From Octopus vulgaris (Eukaryota), in contig OX597817.1 in NCBI GenBank assembly GCA_951406725.2, forward strand, positions 10,912,001-10,976,000: DNA of 64,000 nt, given 5' to 3'. Position numbers and translations under genes: made by a program. Below the pieces are notes generated by a model that saw only the letters and a program-made list of their open reading frames with translations, was not told the DNA's origin and ran no database searches. Position 1 is the stretch's first letter, and each line of letters begins with the position of its first letter. Of the stretch, positions 51,438 to 63,421 are shown piece after piece.

Positions 51438-51601
51438 TTCGACGGACTTCTTTCAGTTTCCGTCTACCAAATCCACTCACAAGGCTTTGGTCGGCCCGAT
51501 GCTATAGTAGAAGACACTTGCCCAAGGTGCCACGCAGTGGGACTGAACCCAGAACCATGTGGCTGGTAAGCAAACTACATACCACACAGCCACTCCGGCA
51601 C
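51183..51601 (-). mobile_element. SINE family A
   Basis: Reverse complement of consensus. Confidence 0.85.
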
Positions 51602-51743
51602 CTAATTGCCATTTTTTAAAAATACAACACTGGCTATTTTACTGGTAATCATAAACAAAGATATGGACACACACAAGATATTCCTGGTATACGCCTAGGA
51701 AACATGTAGGAAAAATATATAAAGATTATGTAATGTTACTTAC

Positions 51744-51883
51744 CTCAAAGTAACCAACCTGGTCAGATGATATATGATTCAGTGGTATATAGATATCATC
51801 AGACTCTTGGTCAACAATCATTGCATGACGATGACTAAAGGTTCCCCGGCCAACATCTTGACCACTTATGCGAACATTGAAAC
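51744..51883 (-). CDS. DHTKD1: DHTKD1 exon: (G)[46 protein letters not shown]
   Basis: ctgtag acceptor, GTAAGT donor; [14 protein letters not shown] motif. Confidence 0.97.
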
Positions 51884-52129
51884 CTACAGGATTAAATAAT
51901 ATACATACCTTAAGACTAGAATATTGCAATTTGGTACAGAAAATCTCAGTCATAGCTAACAAACTTCGTAAGGATATTGAACCAAATGGAGTGACAATTC
52001 TTATTTCAGGGCAAGCATTGCATTGAGTCTCAAGTAAAGCTACTTAATTTTGAATAGCCTATTATATATGTATGTATACATTTAATTGTGGGTTTTCTTC
52101 ATTACTTTAGGTTTTATGCTTTATATTAG

Positions 52130-52733
52130 ATGCGTACCTTTTCCTTCTTTGGACACTAAACTCTGCTTGCGAAGACCTGTTGAGGCAAGTGAAATCAAAA
52201 TCAAATTCGATGACTGGCATCCGTGCTAGCGAGGTGCGAAGAGCACCATACAAGTGTGATCGTTGACAGAGCGGCTAACCGTCTTCCATGCCAGTGGCAC
52301 ATAAAAGGCACCATTCAACTGTGATCATTACCAGTGTCACCTTACTGGCACTTGTGCCTGAGCTAGTAAGGTGCCAAGAGCTCCATCTGAGCGTGATCAT
52401 TGCCAGAGCGGCTAACTGGCTTCTGTGTCGGTGGCACGTAAAAGGCACCATTCAAGCGTGATCATTACCAGCATTGCCTTACTGGTATGTGTAAAAAGAT
52501 TCGAGCGAGGTCGTTGCCAGTACAGCCTGACTGGCCCTGTGCCAGTGGCATGTAAAAAGCACCCACTACACTCTTGGAGAGGTTGGCGTTAGGAAGGGCA
52601 TCCAGCTGTAGAAACTCAGCCAGATCAAGATTGGATCCTGGTGCAGCCATCTGGTTCGCCAGCCCTCAGTCAAAATCGTCCAATCCATGCCAGCATGGAA
52701 AGCAGACATTAAACGATGATGATGATGATGATG
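52130..52733 (+). mobile_element. RTE LINE 3' UTR fragment with tandem subrepeats
   Basis: Matches 54840-55378; (gat)n tail. Confidence 0.75.
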
Positions 52734-52844
52734 AATTTGCAACTTTCAAATACTCTATTTATAAAATGGTGGTGACACTATCTCTGTTTTGGATTTGGTT
52801 ATATGATATTTCATGTAACTTCACATACTAGGTGGTGTACAATA

Positions 52845-53180
52845 AAGGCATGTGACTTAGTGGTTAGAGCATTGGGCTCACAATCATGAGGTAGTGAGTT
52901 TGATTCCTGGGCCCGACTGTGTTGTGTTCTTGAGCAAGACACTTTATTTCACATTGCTCCAGTTCATTCAGCTGTAGAAATGAGTTGCGACGTTACCGGT
53001 GCCATTCTGTTTCGGCCCCTTTGCCATTCCCATGGAGGACATCAGTGTCATGGGGAAGGAAGGCTGGCATGCATGGGCAACTGCTGGTCTTTCATAAATA
53101 ACCTAGCCCAGACTTGTGTCTGGGAGGGGAACTTTCTACATGCAATCCTATGGTCATTCATGACCAAAGGGGGTCTTCAC
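52845..53180 (+). mobile_element. tRNA-derived SINE family D, near full length
   Basis: tgacttagtggttagagc A box, gagtttgattcc B box, cttgagcaagacactt segment. Confidence 0.7.
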
Positions 53181-53257
53181 AATAAAATATAGAATTATAA
53201 AGCATGAAACCAAAAGTAATGCTGAAAATTCCTAAATATATAAAGTATTTATCCATT

Positions 53258-53640
53258 AATTTAGTGCTGAATATTTATTCTCACTGTTTTCTACTACCAT
53301 ATATATGGTGGTTGTCTACTCCCAATGCAGAGTTTGACTACCTCCTATACCTACACCTTAGAACCATCATGGCATCTGATGTGGCTTTGTAAACCAGACA
53401 ATGTTTTGAAAAGACACCCCACACAGATTGCATATCTGAGTTGGACCACCAAGAGCTAGTTAATTTCTGATCTTTGTGGATCTTAAAATGTCTTTTGAGG
53501 CCTCCGTTAGATTTGTAGACCTTGTAGCATACATGGCACTGAAAGATGTGCACAGACATATAGGCAGAATAGTTGGTGGCAGTTCGTTTTCCATGGGTTT
53601 GCAATTTTTTTATGTCTCCCTCTTCCAGGGACAGCTTGAT
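53258..53640 (-). mobile_element. degenerate LINE 3' end encoding C2H2 zinc fingers
   Basis: FQCHVCYKVYKSNGGLKRHFKIH then a frameshifted second finger; second copy at 57357-57548. Confidence 0.55.
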
Positions 53641-53924
53641 CTACGGGTGAACAGTCATTGGTGTTGGAGAGCATAAAGATTAAAGTTGTAGTTGAGAAGA
53701 AATTTGCTGGCATGAAGGACTGGACATCATCTGAATATTGGAAAAGTGTCAGCTACAGTACTAGAACTGTCCAAAGATTATCCATGGCAGTACTGAGTGA
53801 AACATAAAGATGGGTAACATTACATCTAACAAATTACCTGAACAATTCACTGACTTTACAAGGTGTTTCTACTGCATTTCACACAATATTACTTATGAAT
53901 CTCTGAAAGAGTTTGAAATCAGGA

Positions 53925-55378
53925 CATAGAATCAAAGGGGCCTAGAGTCAATCTAGCAAAAACCAGTCTTAATAAGTAGTAAGGCAGACAAATCACAAAT
54001 CCCTTCAGGTAGATGGCCCTGCTTGATCTGTAGAAAAGACGTAGGAAGAAACTCCATAAGATGTACTCGGTGTAAGCTATGGACACATAAGAGGTGCAGT
54101 AATATCAAAGGAAGGCTAACTGGGAAGATAGTTTTTGTGTGGGGCAATAAACACTGATAATGTGCAGAAAACAGCTTCCATCACATGCCAGGAGGCAAAA
54201 CTAGAAGTAGTTGATAGCTTCTGTTACCTAGATGACCAAGTCAGCAGAGGGCGTACATGCTCTGATAGTGTAGCTGCTAGAATAAGAATAGCCTGGGCAA
54301 AGTTCAGAGAGCTCCAACCTCTGCTGGTGACAAAGGGCCTCCCACTCTAAGTAAAAAGTAGACTGTATGACACATGTGTGCGAACAGCCATGCTACATGG
54401 CAGTGAAACATGGGCCGTAACTGCTGAGGACATGCTTAAGCTTGCAAGGAATGAAGCTAGTATGCTCCACTAGATGTGTAATTCCAGAGTGCATACATGA
54501 CAGAGTGTAAGCACCCTGAGAGAAAAGTTGGATATAAGAAGCATTCAGATGTGGTGTGCAAGAGAGATGACTGTGCTGGTATGGTCATGTATTGCATATG
54601 GATGAGGACAACCGTACAAAAAAGTGTCACATCGTAGCAGTAAAGGGAACCTACTGAAGAGGTAGACCCAGGAAGACCTGGATGAGGTGGTGAAGCATGA
54701 TCTTCTAATGTTGGGCCTCATGGAAGCAATGACAAGTGACCGGGACCTTTGGAGATATGCTGTGCTTGAGAAGACCTGGCAAGCCAAGTGAGACCATAAC
54801 CATGGCCTATGCCAGTGCAGCATAACCGGATCATTTAAGAGTACCCTTCAATCATTGGGCAATAAACTGCGCTTGTGAAGACCTGTTAAGTCAAGTGAAG
54901 TCATTGCCATGGCCGATGACAGTACTGCCTGATTGGCACCAATGCCGGTAGCACATAAAAAGCACCATTCGAGTGTAGTCAATGCCAGTGCTGCCTGACT
55001 AGTCCTGTGCCGGTGGCATGTAAAAAGCACCATTCGAGCATGATCATTGCCAGTGCTGGTAGTACATAAAAAGCACTATTCAAGCATGGTCGATGCCAGT
55101 GCCGGCTGACTGACCTCATGCCAGTGGCACATAAAAAGCTTCATTCGAATGCGGTCGTTGCCAGTGCCATCTGACTGGCTCCCATGCCGGTGGCATGTAA
55201 AAAGCACCCACTACATGCTCAGGTTGGTTGATGTTAGGAAGGGCATCCAGCTGTAGAAACTTTGCCAGATCAGATTGGATCCTGGTGCAGCCTTCTGGCT
55301 TGCCAGGCCTCAGTCAAATTGTCCAACCCATGCCAGCATGGAAACAAGGACATTAAACATTAAACGACAATGATGATG
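53925..55378 (+). mobile_element. RTE-clade LINE 3' remnant: RT C-terminus with stops/frameshifts, 3'UTR, (GAT)n tail
   Basis: ESKG.RVNLAKT...LEVVDSFCYL...VAARIRIAWAKFREL...RLYDTCVRTAMLHGSETWAV; tail ttaggaagggcatccagctg. Confidence 0.88.
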
Positions 55379-55778
55379 CTATATCCTGTAAACTTAGCAA
55401 GTACAATCTCCATACAGACACTCTCAGAAATTTTAGTTCCATTCTATATATTGGCCCTACTTTGACTGCCAGAATTCTTGTTTGGGCTGAATATCATTTA
55501 GCATTTCAACAGTGAGCATTCTGTATCTGTTGAGGGCACCATGTCAAAAACTGTAAACAGTTTTGCATGCAGTTCTTATTTTAAGATCAGTGAAAAGTTG
55601 TATGAAGGTAATTTTGTGTAGCCTCAAGTTAATTAAAGCTATCTTTTAAGATTACCCTAGTATATTTCTCTTTCTAAATAAATCAACTGATCTTAACTAA
55701 AAACATTAGAATATCCAGCTATATCCTGATTAAAATGTGATCTCTGAAAATTATGAAATAAAATAGAATTTTGAATAC

Positions 55779-55899
55779 CTTGGTACAGAAGAGAACCAAT
55801 GGCCAAGGATTCAGCAGTTGCCCAGTCCAAGTCTGTTCCAGCTTCAATTTGCTTCTTACGGCGATCAATATGTGTCTTTTGAATAGTTGGGTGGACAGT
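55779..55899 (-). CDS. DHTKD1: DHTKD1 exon: TVHPTIQKTHIDRRKKQIEAGTDLDWATAESLAIGSLLYQ(G)
   Basis: ctttcag acceptor, GTATTC donor; LDWATAExLAxGSLL motif. Confidence 0.96.
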
Positions 55900-55935
55900 C
55901 TGAAAGATAAGATATAGGTATTAATGTAGTAAATA

Positions 55936-56235
55936 TACCTATTTCTTCATTACCCACAAGGGGCTAAACATAGAGGGGACAAACATGGACAGACATAGTT
56001 ATTATAGGTCGATTACATCGACCCCAGTGCATAACTGTTACTTAATTTATCGACCCGAAAGGATGAAAGGCAAAGTCAACCTCACACGTACCACATACAT
56101 GTACAATTTGCTATCGTACATGTATGTGGTACAAATTGTACATGTATGTGGTACGTGTGAGGTTGACTTTGCCTTTCATCCTTTCAGGGTCGATAAATTA
56201 AGTACCAGTTATGCACTGGGGTCGATGTAATGGAC
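55936..56235. mobile_element. truncated Nin-domain SINE with fold-back duplication
   Basis: Arms 56008-56110 and 56132-56235 are reverse complements. Confidence 0.8.
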
Positions 56236-57356
56236 ACACCATTAAACTAATTCTAACTCAATAATAATACACATTGGACTTCACTAGCAACATACATTAC
56301 AATCTCCTCCCTATTGTTCTGGTATAGGTTAACACCTTATTGTACCTGTATAAACTGTTTGTTTCTTTTTGAACTAGTAGAAATGAGCATACCTTCTCTA
56401 CATTTGGCTAGTTCAGCATTGCACTAAAACAATACAGTATTGTAATAAATTAGTAAATTTAGCTAATCAAATATTAATATCTTGGTTACATTCTTTGATA
56501 GTCTTTTAAGTTGAGTCTTTCATTTGTGTAAACTAATTAAAACTTCCTCATTTTATATATTGCTCCAATTGTTTATAAGAGTGCACATAACAAGTTGAGA
56601 AGGAACCAAGCATCCAGCTGAGAGGTTAATGGTTTACATCCTGTCAATGGCTTGTGTTCAGTCAATGGTCAACATACTAATCAATAGATGAGTCTAACTT
56701 GAACTAAGGTTGTAAGATTTACTGCCATAGTGACATTACTAGAGTTGTGAAACAGACAAGGCAATCATTGACTTACATTGCTAATTCTAATTCAGAGCAC
56801 AAGAAACATTTCTCATAATATAATAGACCAGAGTCATATTCAAGAATGAATGAGGTGTTATCTCTTATCAATGTAAAATGCAGTCCTATTAATTTGATTC
56901 AGAAAATGATTAACTTCCAGCTTGTACCAATGAACTATTCCTTGGGTAGTCCTATCTGTTTTACACCACCACCAGATCCTTGTGTTCTCAGGAGTGCTCA
57001 CTCTGTTCCAAGCCCTTAGAACAAATTTCCAATTTCTTCCAGACCCACATTTCTGCAGTAAATGTCCAAACTGGACTTTAAATAAACACATCATATAAGT
57101 TTCAGAAGGTCTACAAAGGCCATGGGCAGTGGCCTCCAACTTTTGACCAACTTATAAATTATATTTGTCCACAAAAAAGCTTCAAACCACTGGCTTCTTT
57201 TAAAACATTTTCCCTTAATTACTGAGAAGAGTTTATGCAGGAGCAAAGCATATAACATATGCTGCTCTTTACTTTATCACAACTGGTGAGATTGAAGCTA
57301 TTCATGTTTAGTTTGGATATTTGTTGGGTAGAAATCTACAGGTAAAACATGAATAT

Positions 57357-57548
57357 TATTTAGTGCTGAATATTTATTCTCACTGTTTTCTACTATCATA
57401 TATATGGTGGTTGTCTACTCCCCATACAGAGTTTGACTACCTCCTATACCTACACCTTAGAACCATCATGGAATCTGTTGTGGCTTTTGAAGCCAGACAA
57501 TGTTTTGAAAAGACAACCACAGATTGCATATCTGATTTGGACCACCAA
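57357..57548 (-). mobile_element. second, shorter copy of the C2H2-ending LINE tail
   Basis: Similar to 53258-53450; AICGCLFKTLSGFKSHNRFH. Confidence 0.55.
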
Positions 57549-58135
57549 ACAGGTGAAACATGAGTGAGGGGAGATTTCAAGTGGTTTGCTATTCAGAGGA
57601 AGAAGGATTGAAGAATAAAAAACATGTGTTTATAATGATCTTGAGCGGTGACACACAGTAAGGATGATAAGGTGAGATGAATGTCAAGTGGGCTTGGATG
57701 GAGAGAGTATAAAATGTAATAGTTCAGAGGAGCAGATGTGATAATGTGAGATACAAAACAAAATTTATTCACCTGTGTGGCAAATATCCAGTCATCAACA
57801 GGTTTCAACTTCTATCTCAAACATGCTGCTTCTGATTACTAATAGACTGGCTTCTGCTTCTCTGAACTAGCCAGTTGCATTCTCCTTTCCTACAAGACTA
57901 CTCATTATACTTGTCTTTCCTCCTTCCATATCCCATCTCCCAACCGTGACTCATCTCACAAGCATCCACACTAAATACTTCACCCTATCTCAATTCCATT
58001 CTCACATTTTCTTACAACCATAAATTCAATGAATATTCAAGTAAAATGCCAATCTCCATCAATCTCATCACTAAGAGGGACAAGACCCCTAATTTACCTC
58101 AGGCCCACTTATTTCCTTCAGATGTCCCAACTGGA

Positions 58136-58381
58136 CATCATCATCATCATCTAGCATCCGCTTTCCATGCTAGCATGGGCTGGACGGTTCAACTGGGGTC
58201 TGGGAAGCCAGAAGGCTGCACCAGGCCCAGTCTGATCTGGCAATGTTTCTACAGCTGGATGTCCTTCCTAACGCCAACCACTCCGTGAGTGTAGTGGGTG
58301 CTTTTTACGTGCCACCGGCACAGGTGCCAGATGGGGCTATCAAACGGCCACGGTCGGATGGTGCTTTTTACGTGCCACCGG
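58136..58381 (-). mobile_element. RTE LINE 3' fragment
   Basis: Near identical to 526-777. Confidence 0.75.
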
Positions 58382-59161
58382 ACATGATATGAATAAATCA
58401 TATTTGTCCAAGAATGCAAAAGTCATGGACACTGGTTTCAGCCATTGACTAATTTATGAAATGTATTTGTTCATGAGATACAAATCGTTGGTTTCTTTTA
58501 TTAATGCATCTTAAATGAATAACAAAATCATCATCACTAAATATCTGCTTTCCATGCTGGCATGGATTGGACAGGAGTTGGCATGCCAGAAGACTGCGCC
58601 AAGCTCTACTGTCTGCTTTGGTTTGGTTTCTATGCTTGGATGCCCTTCTTAATGCCAACCACTTTACAGAGTGTACTTGGTGCTCTTACATAGCATTAGC
58701 ACCAGCAAGGTCATTAATTAACTTGCAAGACAAATATACCTCAACTGAGCAGGGAATAATATTGAGGAAGGTGGTTTTGTGCCAGGTGATGAGAGGTTAC
58801 AGAATGAGAGAGGGATAAAAAAAAAAAGGTGTCTTGCAGTAGAGGAGATACATGGTTACCACATGTGCTAAATATTAAGTTATGGTAAAAAGGAAACTAG
58901 ATTGAAGTGGGTATTAAAGAAACACATGCCAAACTGTTAAACCCCTCTAACTTTGTTTTTCTTTCTTTTCTCCCACTGTGCCTCATCTCACCTCCAAGGC
59001 CCTATACTGAGCACATGTTTTTCAATAGAACCCTTTCCAAAACTGCATCACTCTAGAACTATCTCCTTCCATTTGTATTGTCACTACCTCATTCCTCTCT
59101 CACAAAAATCATCTTCAGTTCAAAATTAATATTAATGAGGTTAGTCTCCTTCACATAGTGA

Positions 59162-59575
59162 AGGCGCAGGAGTGGCTGTATGGTAAGTAGCTTGCTAACT
59201 AACCACATGGTTCCGGGTTCAGTCCCACTGCGTGGCATCTTGGGCAAGTGTCTTCTGCTATAGCTCCGGGCTGACCAATGCCTTGTGAGTGGATTTGGTA
59301 GACGGAAACTGAAAGAAACCTGTCGTATATATGTATATATATATGTGTGTGTGTGTGGGTGTGTGTGTGTGTGTCTGTGTTTGTTCCCTAGCATTGCTTG
59401 ACAACCGATGCTGGTGTGTTTACGTCCCCGTCACTTAGCGGTTCGGCAAAAGGGACCGATAGAATAAGTACTGGGCTTACAAAGAATAAGTCCCGGGGTC
59501 GATTTGCTCGAATAAAGGCGGTGCTCCAGCATGGCCGCAGTCAAATGACTGAAACAAGTAAAAGAGTAAAGAGAG
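59162..59575 (+). mobile_element. SINE family A, full length
   Basis: Consensus head and tail. Confidence 0.85.
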
Positions 59576-59695
59576 AGAGTATAGTATTCCATTGGCTTCA
59601 GTCATGCTCTTCCTCCTCCTTCTTTAGAGACTAATGAATAAATAATGAATCAGTGAGTAAAAGAATATGCTGACAATAAATACGTGGCCACTTAC

Positions 59696-59827
59696 TGTTG
59701 TCTCAGGAACAGTCACAGACTTGCCACCAATGAATTTCAGTACATCCACATCAACTCCAGTATCCCAGGAAGTAATGTTGTCAGAAGCTTGGGCATAACC
59801 ATCCCATTGTTTCAGCAGGTGGAATTG
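59696..59827 (-). CDS. DHTKD1: DHTKD1 exon: QFHLLKQWDGYAQASDNITSWDTGVDVDVLKFIGGKSVTVPETT
   Basis: atacag acceptor, GTAAGT donor; ITxWxTGVxxDxLxFxGxKSVxVP motif. Confidence 0.95.
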
Positions 59828-60154
59828 CTGTATTTGAGAGTAAAGAATTGGAAGCATTAGTGAAGAATCAAAGCAAAGAATTTATCAAAACTTAATCTGG
59901 CAATTAGATCATCTATGAACAAATTTCAAAATTTTGTTACATTTTCTAGCTTCCTTATCAAGTTTTTCACATTTTTTTGTCCTATTTCAATTTACATTTT
60001 CCTGTTTTACATGCATTTTGCCATATTGAGTAATTTGATTTCAAAAATAGACCATACATCTTGTAGAGCAAATTTGTTTTATAATTGTCTGAAATAATAA
60101 TACTTGGTATTGATCAGACAGTCACCATCATCATTAATATTTTATATTTATTTA

Positions 60155-60638
60155 CCGTAAATCCTCAAGTATAATCCGCATTTTTTCCCAAAATTTAAAG
60201 GTCAAAATCCCTAGTGCGTACTATATATGAGGTTAAAAATGAAAAATATTTTCTAAGCAATGTCCGAGTCTCTATTTGCTGTCCGGCAATGTTTATTCAG
60301 ATGCATTTTGTGATGTCGAGTGCGAAAATATCTTAAGCTAAGCCTGAAAGCAAATGAAGTCATAAAAGAATCATCTATAACTTGCAGTAAGCAACATTTA
60401 TTAAACGTTATTACTGTTATTTCTTTATTTTCTGCAAACAAAATGCACAAAAAAGCTACACGTTTGCATTATGTTATTATATATACAATAATAATAAAGG
60501 ACGTTATATAGACCTCCTTGACTCAAGTTAGAGAAGGGGTGCGTATTATACACAAGATTTAAGTTTTTCAGCGGTACAGCCCCCTAAAAATCCCCTGCTT
60601 ATTATACTCAAGGGTGGACTATACTCGAGGATTTACGG
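60155..60638. mobile_element. Tc1/mariner-pogo-type MITE
   Basis: TA-ccgtaaatcctcaagtata ... tatactcgaggatttacgg-TA. Confidence 0.85.
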
Positions 60639-61397
60639 TATCCTCACTTGATGCATACACTAAAGAGAAAACTACCAATTTCTATTGTTATTTGAGTTTA
60701 TTCATGATTGGTGGTGGTGGTGATAATTTTACATCTGGATGTCTCTCATATTGTAGTTTGTATTTCTAGGCAAGATGTCTTTGGTAAAGTTGGCAGAATT
60801 TAGCCTTACTTAAAATTAAGTTCTTTACTTCTTTCAAATGCATGTAGCTGGCCAACAAAGAAGCCAGTGATTAGTTGCTTAACCTGCCAGAATAGCAAAC
60901 AAATTCCTCTCAGAAAATATCTTAGCTTCTTCAAAGAAAGGACACAATGGATTATAATATAGTCTTTTGTTTCTTTCTAATTGTTTGTTCTTCGGCAGAT
61001 TCAAGTGTTTCTGAAATTCAAATCCAGCAAATACTGCCAATTCGTTCTGCAATATCTCTCATATCTCTTATTCTCAAAACCATCAAAATATCCTCCCCAT
61101 CAAACACAGATGGATATTTCTAAGACCTTAAGGTTTTCTCAGTGTTTTCATTGTCAAATGCTCCTCCACTCACCTAACAGACCGTAACCAACTCATTTTT
61201 CCAAAATTGATGGCAAGAAACCTGAGCTCCTAAGTGCTATTTAATCTGCTAGATATAGCAGTAAAATTCACATCAAATCACACCTCTGTTAGCATATTGA
61301 AATGAAAAAACGTTACACAGTATTTTAAAAATATAATTTAAGGATTTAGAAAACCCATACTAATGCTTCAGTGTCTTGAAAGATGCGTTATACAAAA

Positions 61398-61682
61398 GTC
61401 GTCGTTTAACATCCGCTTTCCATGCTAGCATGGGTTGAATGATTTGACTGAGGTCTGGTGAACCAGATGGTTGCACCAGACTCCAATCTGATCTGGCAGA
61501 GTTTCTACAGCTGGATGCCCTTCCTAGCGCCAACCACTCCGAGAGTGTAGGGGGTGCTTTTACATGCCACCAGCATGAGGGCCTGTCAGGCAGTACTGGC
61601 AACGGTCACGCTCAAATGGTGCTTTTTATGTGCCACCTGCACAGGAGCCAGTCCAGCGGCACTGGCAACGACCTTGCTCGAT
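61398..61682 (-). mobile_element. RTE LINE 3' fragment
   Basis: Closely similar to 16790-17062. Confidence 0.7.
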
Positions 61683-62093
61683 GATTAATAAAACAAGGTA
61701 GTAAATAGATTTTCTAGAAGTTTTTTTTAACTTTAAAGCATTTTTTTAACCTTCCATGTATGGTGTATATGGAAGTAATATTTTCTATCACCTCCAGCAC
61801 ATTGCAAAGGCAAAAAGATTGGGAACCACTCCAATACATAATGTAATTTTGGATGCCATTTAAAAAGAATGCTTTTGATTATGGACCTAATTAATCAGAG
61901 CTAAATTGGTGCTATCAGCAATATCGAGAGGTCTCTGTCAGTTGAGATTGACCTTTTACCTACCTGCATCTGTATTTGCAGGGCCAGGTAAAGTTTCTGA
62001 AGTAAACTGGCAATTGCCCATACAAACAACATTTTAATTGATATATAATGCAACAACTTTTACTTAGTTTATAACCAAGAAGCCTATGTTTAC

Positions 62094-62195
62094 CTCAGGT
62101 GTGTAGCTATCTATTTTACTGAAGTTTTCAACCAGGACATTACTCCATTCTTGAACACAGGATTTCAGTTCAGACTCAGAGCACAGATCTTGTTG
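62094..62195 (-). CDS. DHTKD1: DHTKD1 exon: QQDLCSESELKSCVQEWSNVLVENFSKIDSYTPE (upstream exons lie outside the window)
   Basis: taatcag acceptor, GTAAAC donor, 102 nt phase 0, open frame of the expected length; weakly conserved region. Confidence 0.8.
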
Positions 62196-63278
62196 CTGAT
62201 TAAATAAAAATATACATAATTGTTATAATATGACATTTGTAAAAAATAGCAATGAAACCTCAATGTATTTACTCAACTAAACGTTGTTCTATTATTGCCG
62301 TTAAATTTTCCCATCATGTAACTTTTCACTATTTCAGATATAGTAATTTCTTACACAAGCACAAGGCCTCAACTTTGTTGGGTGGACATAGCTGATTATA
62401 TCGGCCTTGATACTTTATTTTACTGATGCACGCCCATCAGAAGAATAATGAAGTTGACCTCTGAAAGATTTGAACTTAAAATATAAAAGGATGTAAATAA
62501 ATACCACCAGGTATTTTGCCTGATGCTCAAATGATTTTGCTAATCCACTGTCCTTACTATCTTAATCCAGTATAGGATTAGGATAGAACATCTAGATATA
62601 GAGGTTAGAAGTGAGTATGAAAATAAGGGGTCCTCGACCAAATGCTGACTGCCCTGGTGAAGATCTTTGTAGATGTTCTGACCCCTTACACTGCATCACC
62701 AGATTTACCCAAGGCCAAGTGACAAAACTCCTGCAGAGTAGCACAAAATTGGTTAAGTCAAATATTGTGACTCAGCCAGATGTTTGTGTCAGCCTCAACA
62801 TTTGATCTTTTTAAGTAGAAGTTTCTCACTGTTCCAAAAACATCACTCATCTTTTCTTGAGCCAGATGTCTTAAGTTGCTTTCTCTGCAGCTTCTAGCAA
62901 TTTCTTTGAAAAGTGCTTTATTTCTTTTTATCTAGCTTAAACTCCTAAGCAACAAGTGAACCCTGGATCAAATAAATCCTTTAACACCTTCTCGACAAGA
63001 AGGCATGTTGCCTCCTATCCAGTATATAGACTATCTCGCATATACAGTATGTTGTATATTTAATTTTTGTTCAAAGATTTTATCTTTTATAGAATTTATT
63101 TAAAGTAACATATTTCCATGTTAGCTTTCTAAAAATATTATGGAGATGTACTCGCATAGCAAGTGATTTGATCTGAGATCGTGTGCAGGAATGAAAACAA
63201 TTGCAGCGTGGAAGGTGTTTGTAGGCCATTTAAGAAACACACAAAAGCCGTTTGATTCACTTCAACATTTAAGTTTAA

Positions 63279-63329
63279 TTTGTCAAAATATTTTCGTCGC
63301 TTTAAGACCGCGACCTGTTCACTGACAAA
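63279..63329 (-). ncRNA. minimal type-I hammerhead ribozyme-like motif (G3:C8 variant), sense to DHTKD1 pre-mRNA
   Basis: Exact reverse complement of 63371-63421. Confidence 0.55.
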
Positions 63330-63370
63330 AATCCGTGCTGCATCACAGATGCCTAGATGCATCACGGATT

Positions 63371-63421
63371 TTTGTCAGTGAACAGGTCGCGGTCTTAAAG
63401 CGACGAAAATATTTTGACAAA
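63371..63421 (+). ncRNA. minimal type-I hammerhead ribozyme-like motif (G3:C8 variant)
   Basis: TTTGTCA-GTGAACA-G-GTCGC-ggtcttaaa-GCGAC-GAA-AATATT-T-TGACAAA: stem I 7 bp, stem II 5 bp, palindromic stem III. Confidence 0.55.

Noticed and set aside
53338-53604. C2H2 zinc-finger gene nested in an intron
   Set aside because: Frameshifted, lacks splice signals and TGEKP linkers, and has a dispersed second copy; better explained as a retroelement tail.
29581-62195. Assignment as OGDH or bacterial sucA
   Set aside because: Spliceosomal introns and DHTKD1-type motifs ([24 protein letters not shown]-terminus, CSGKHFY) favour DHTKD1.
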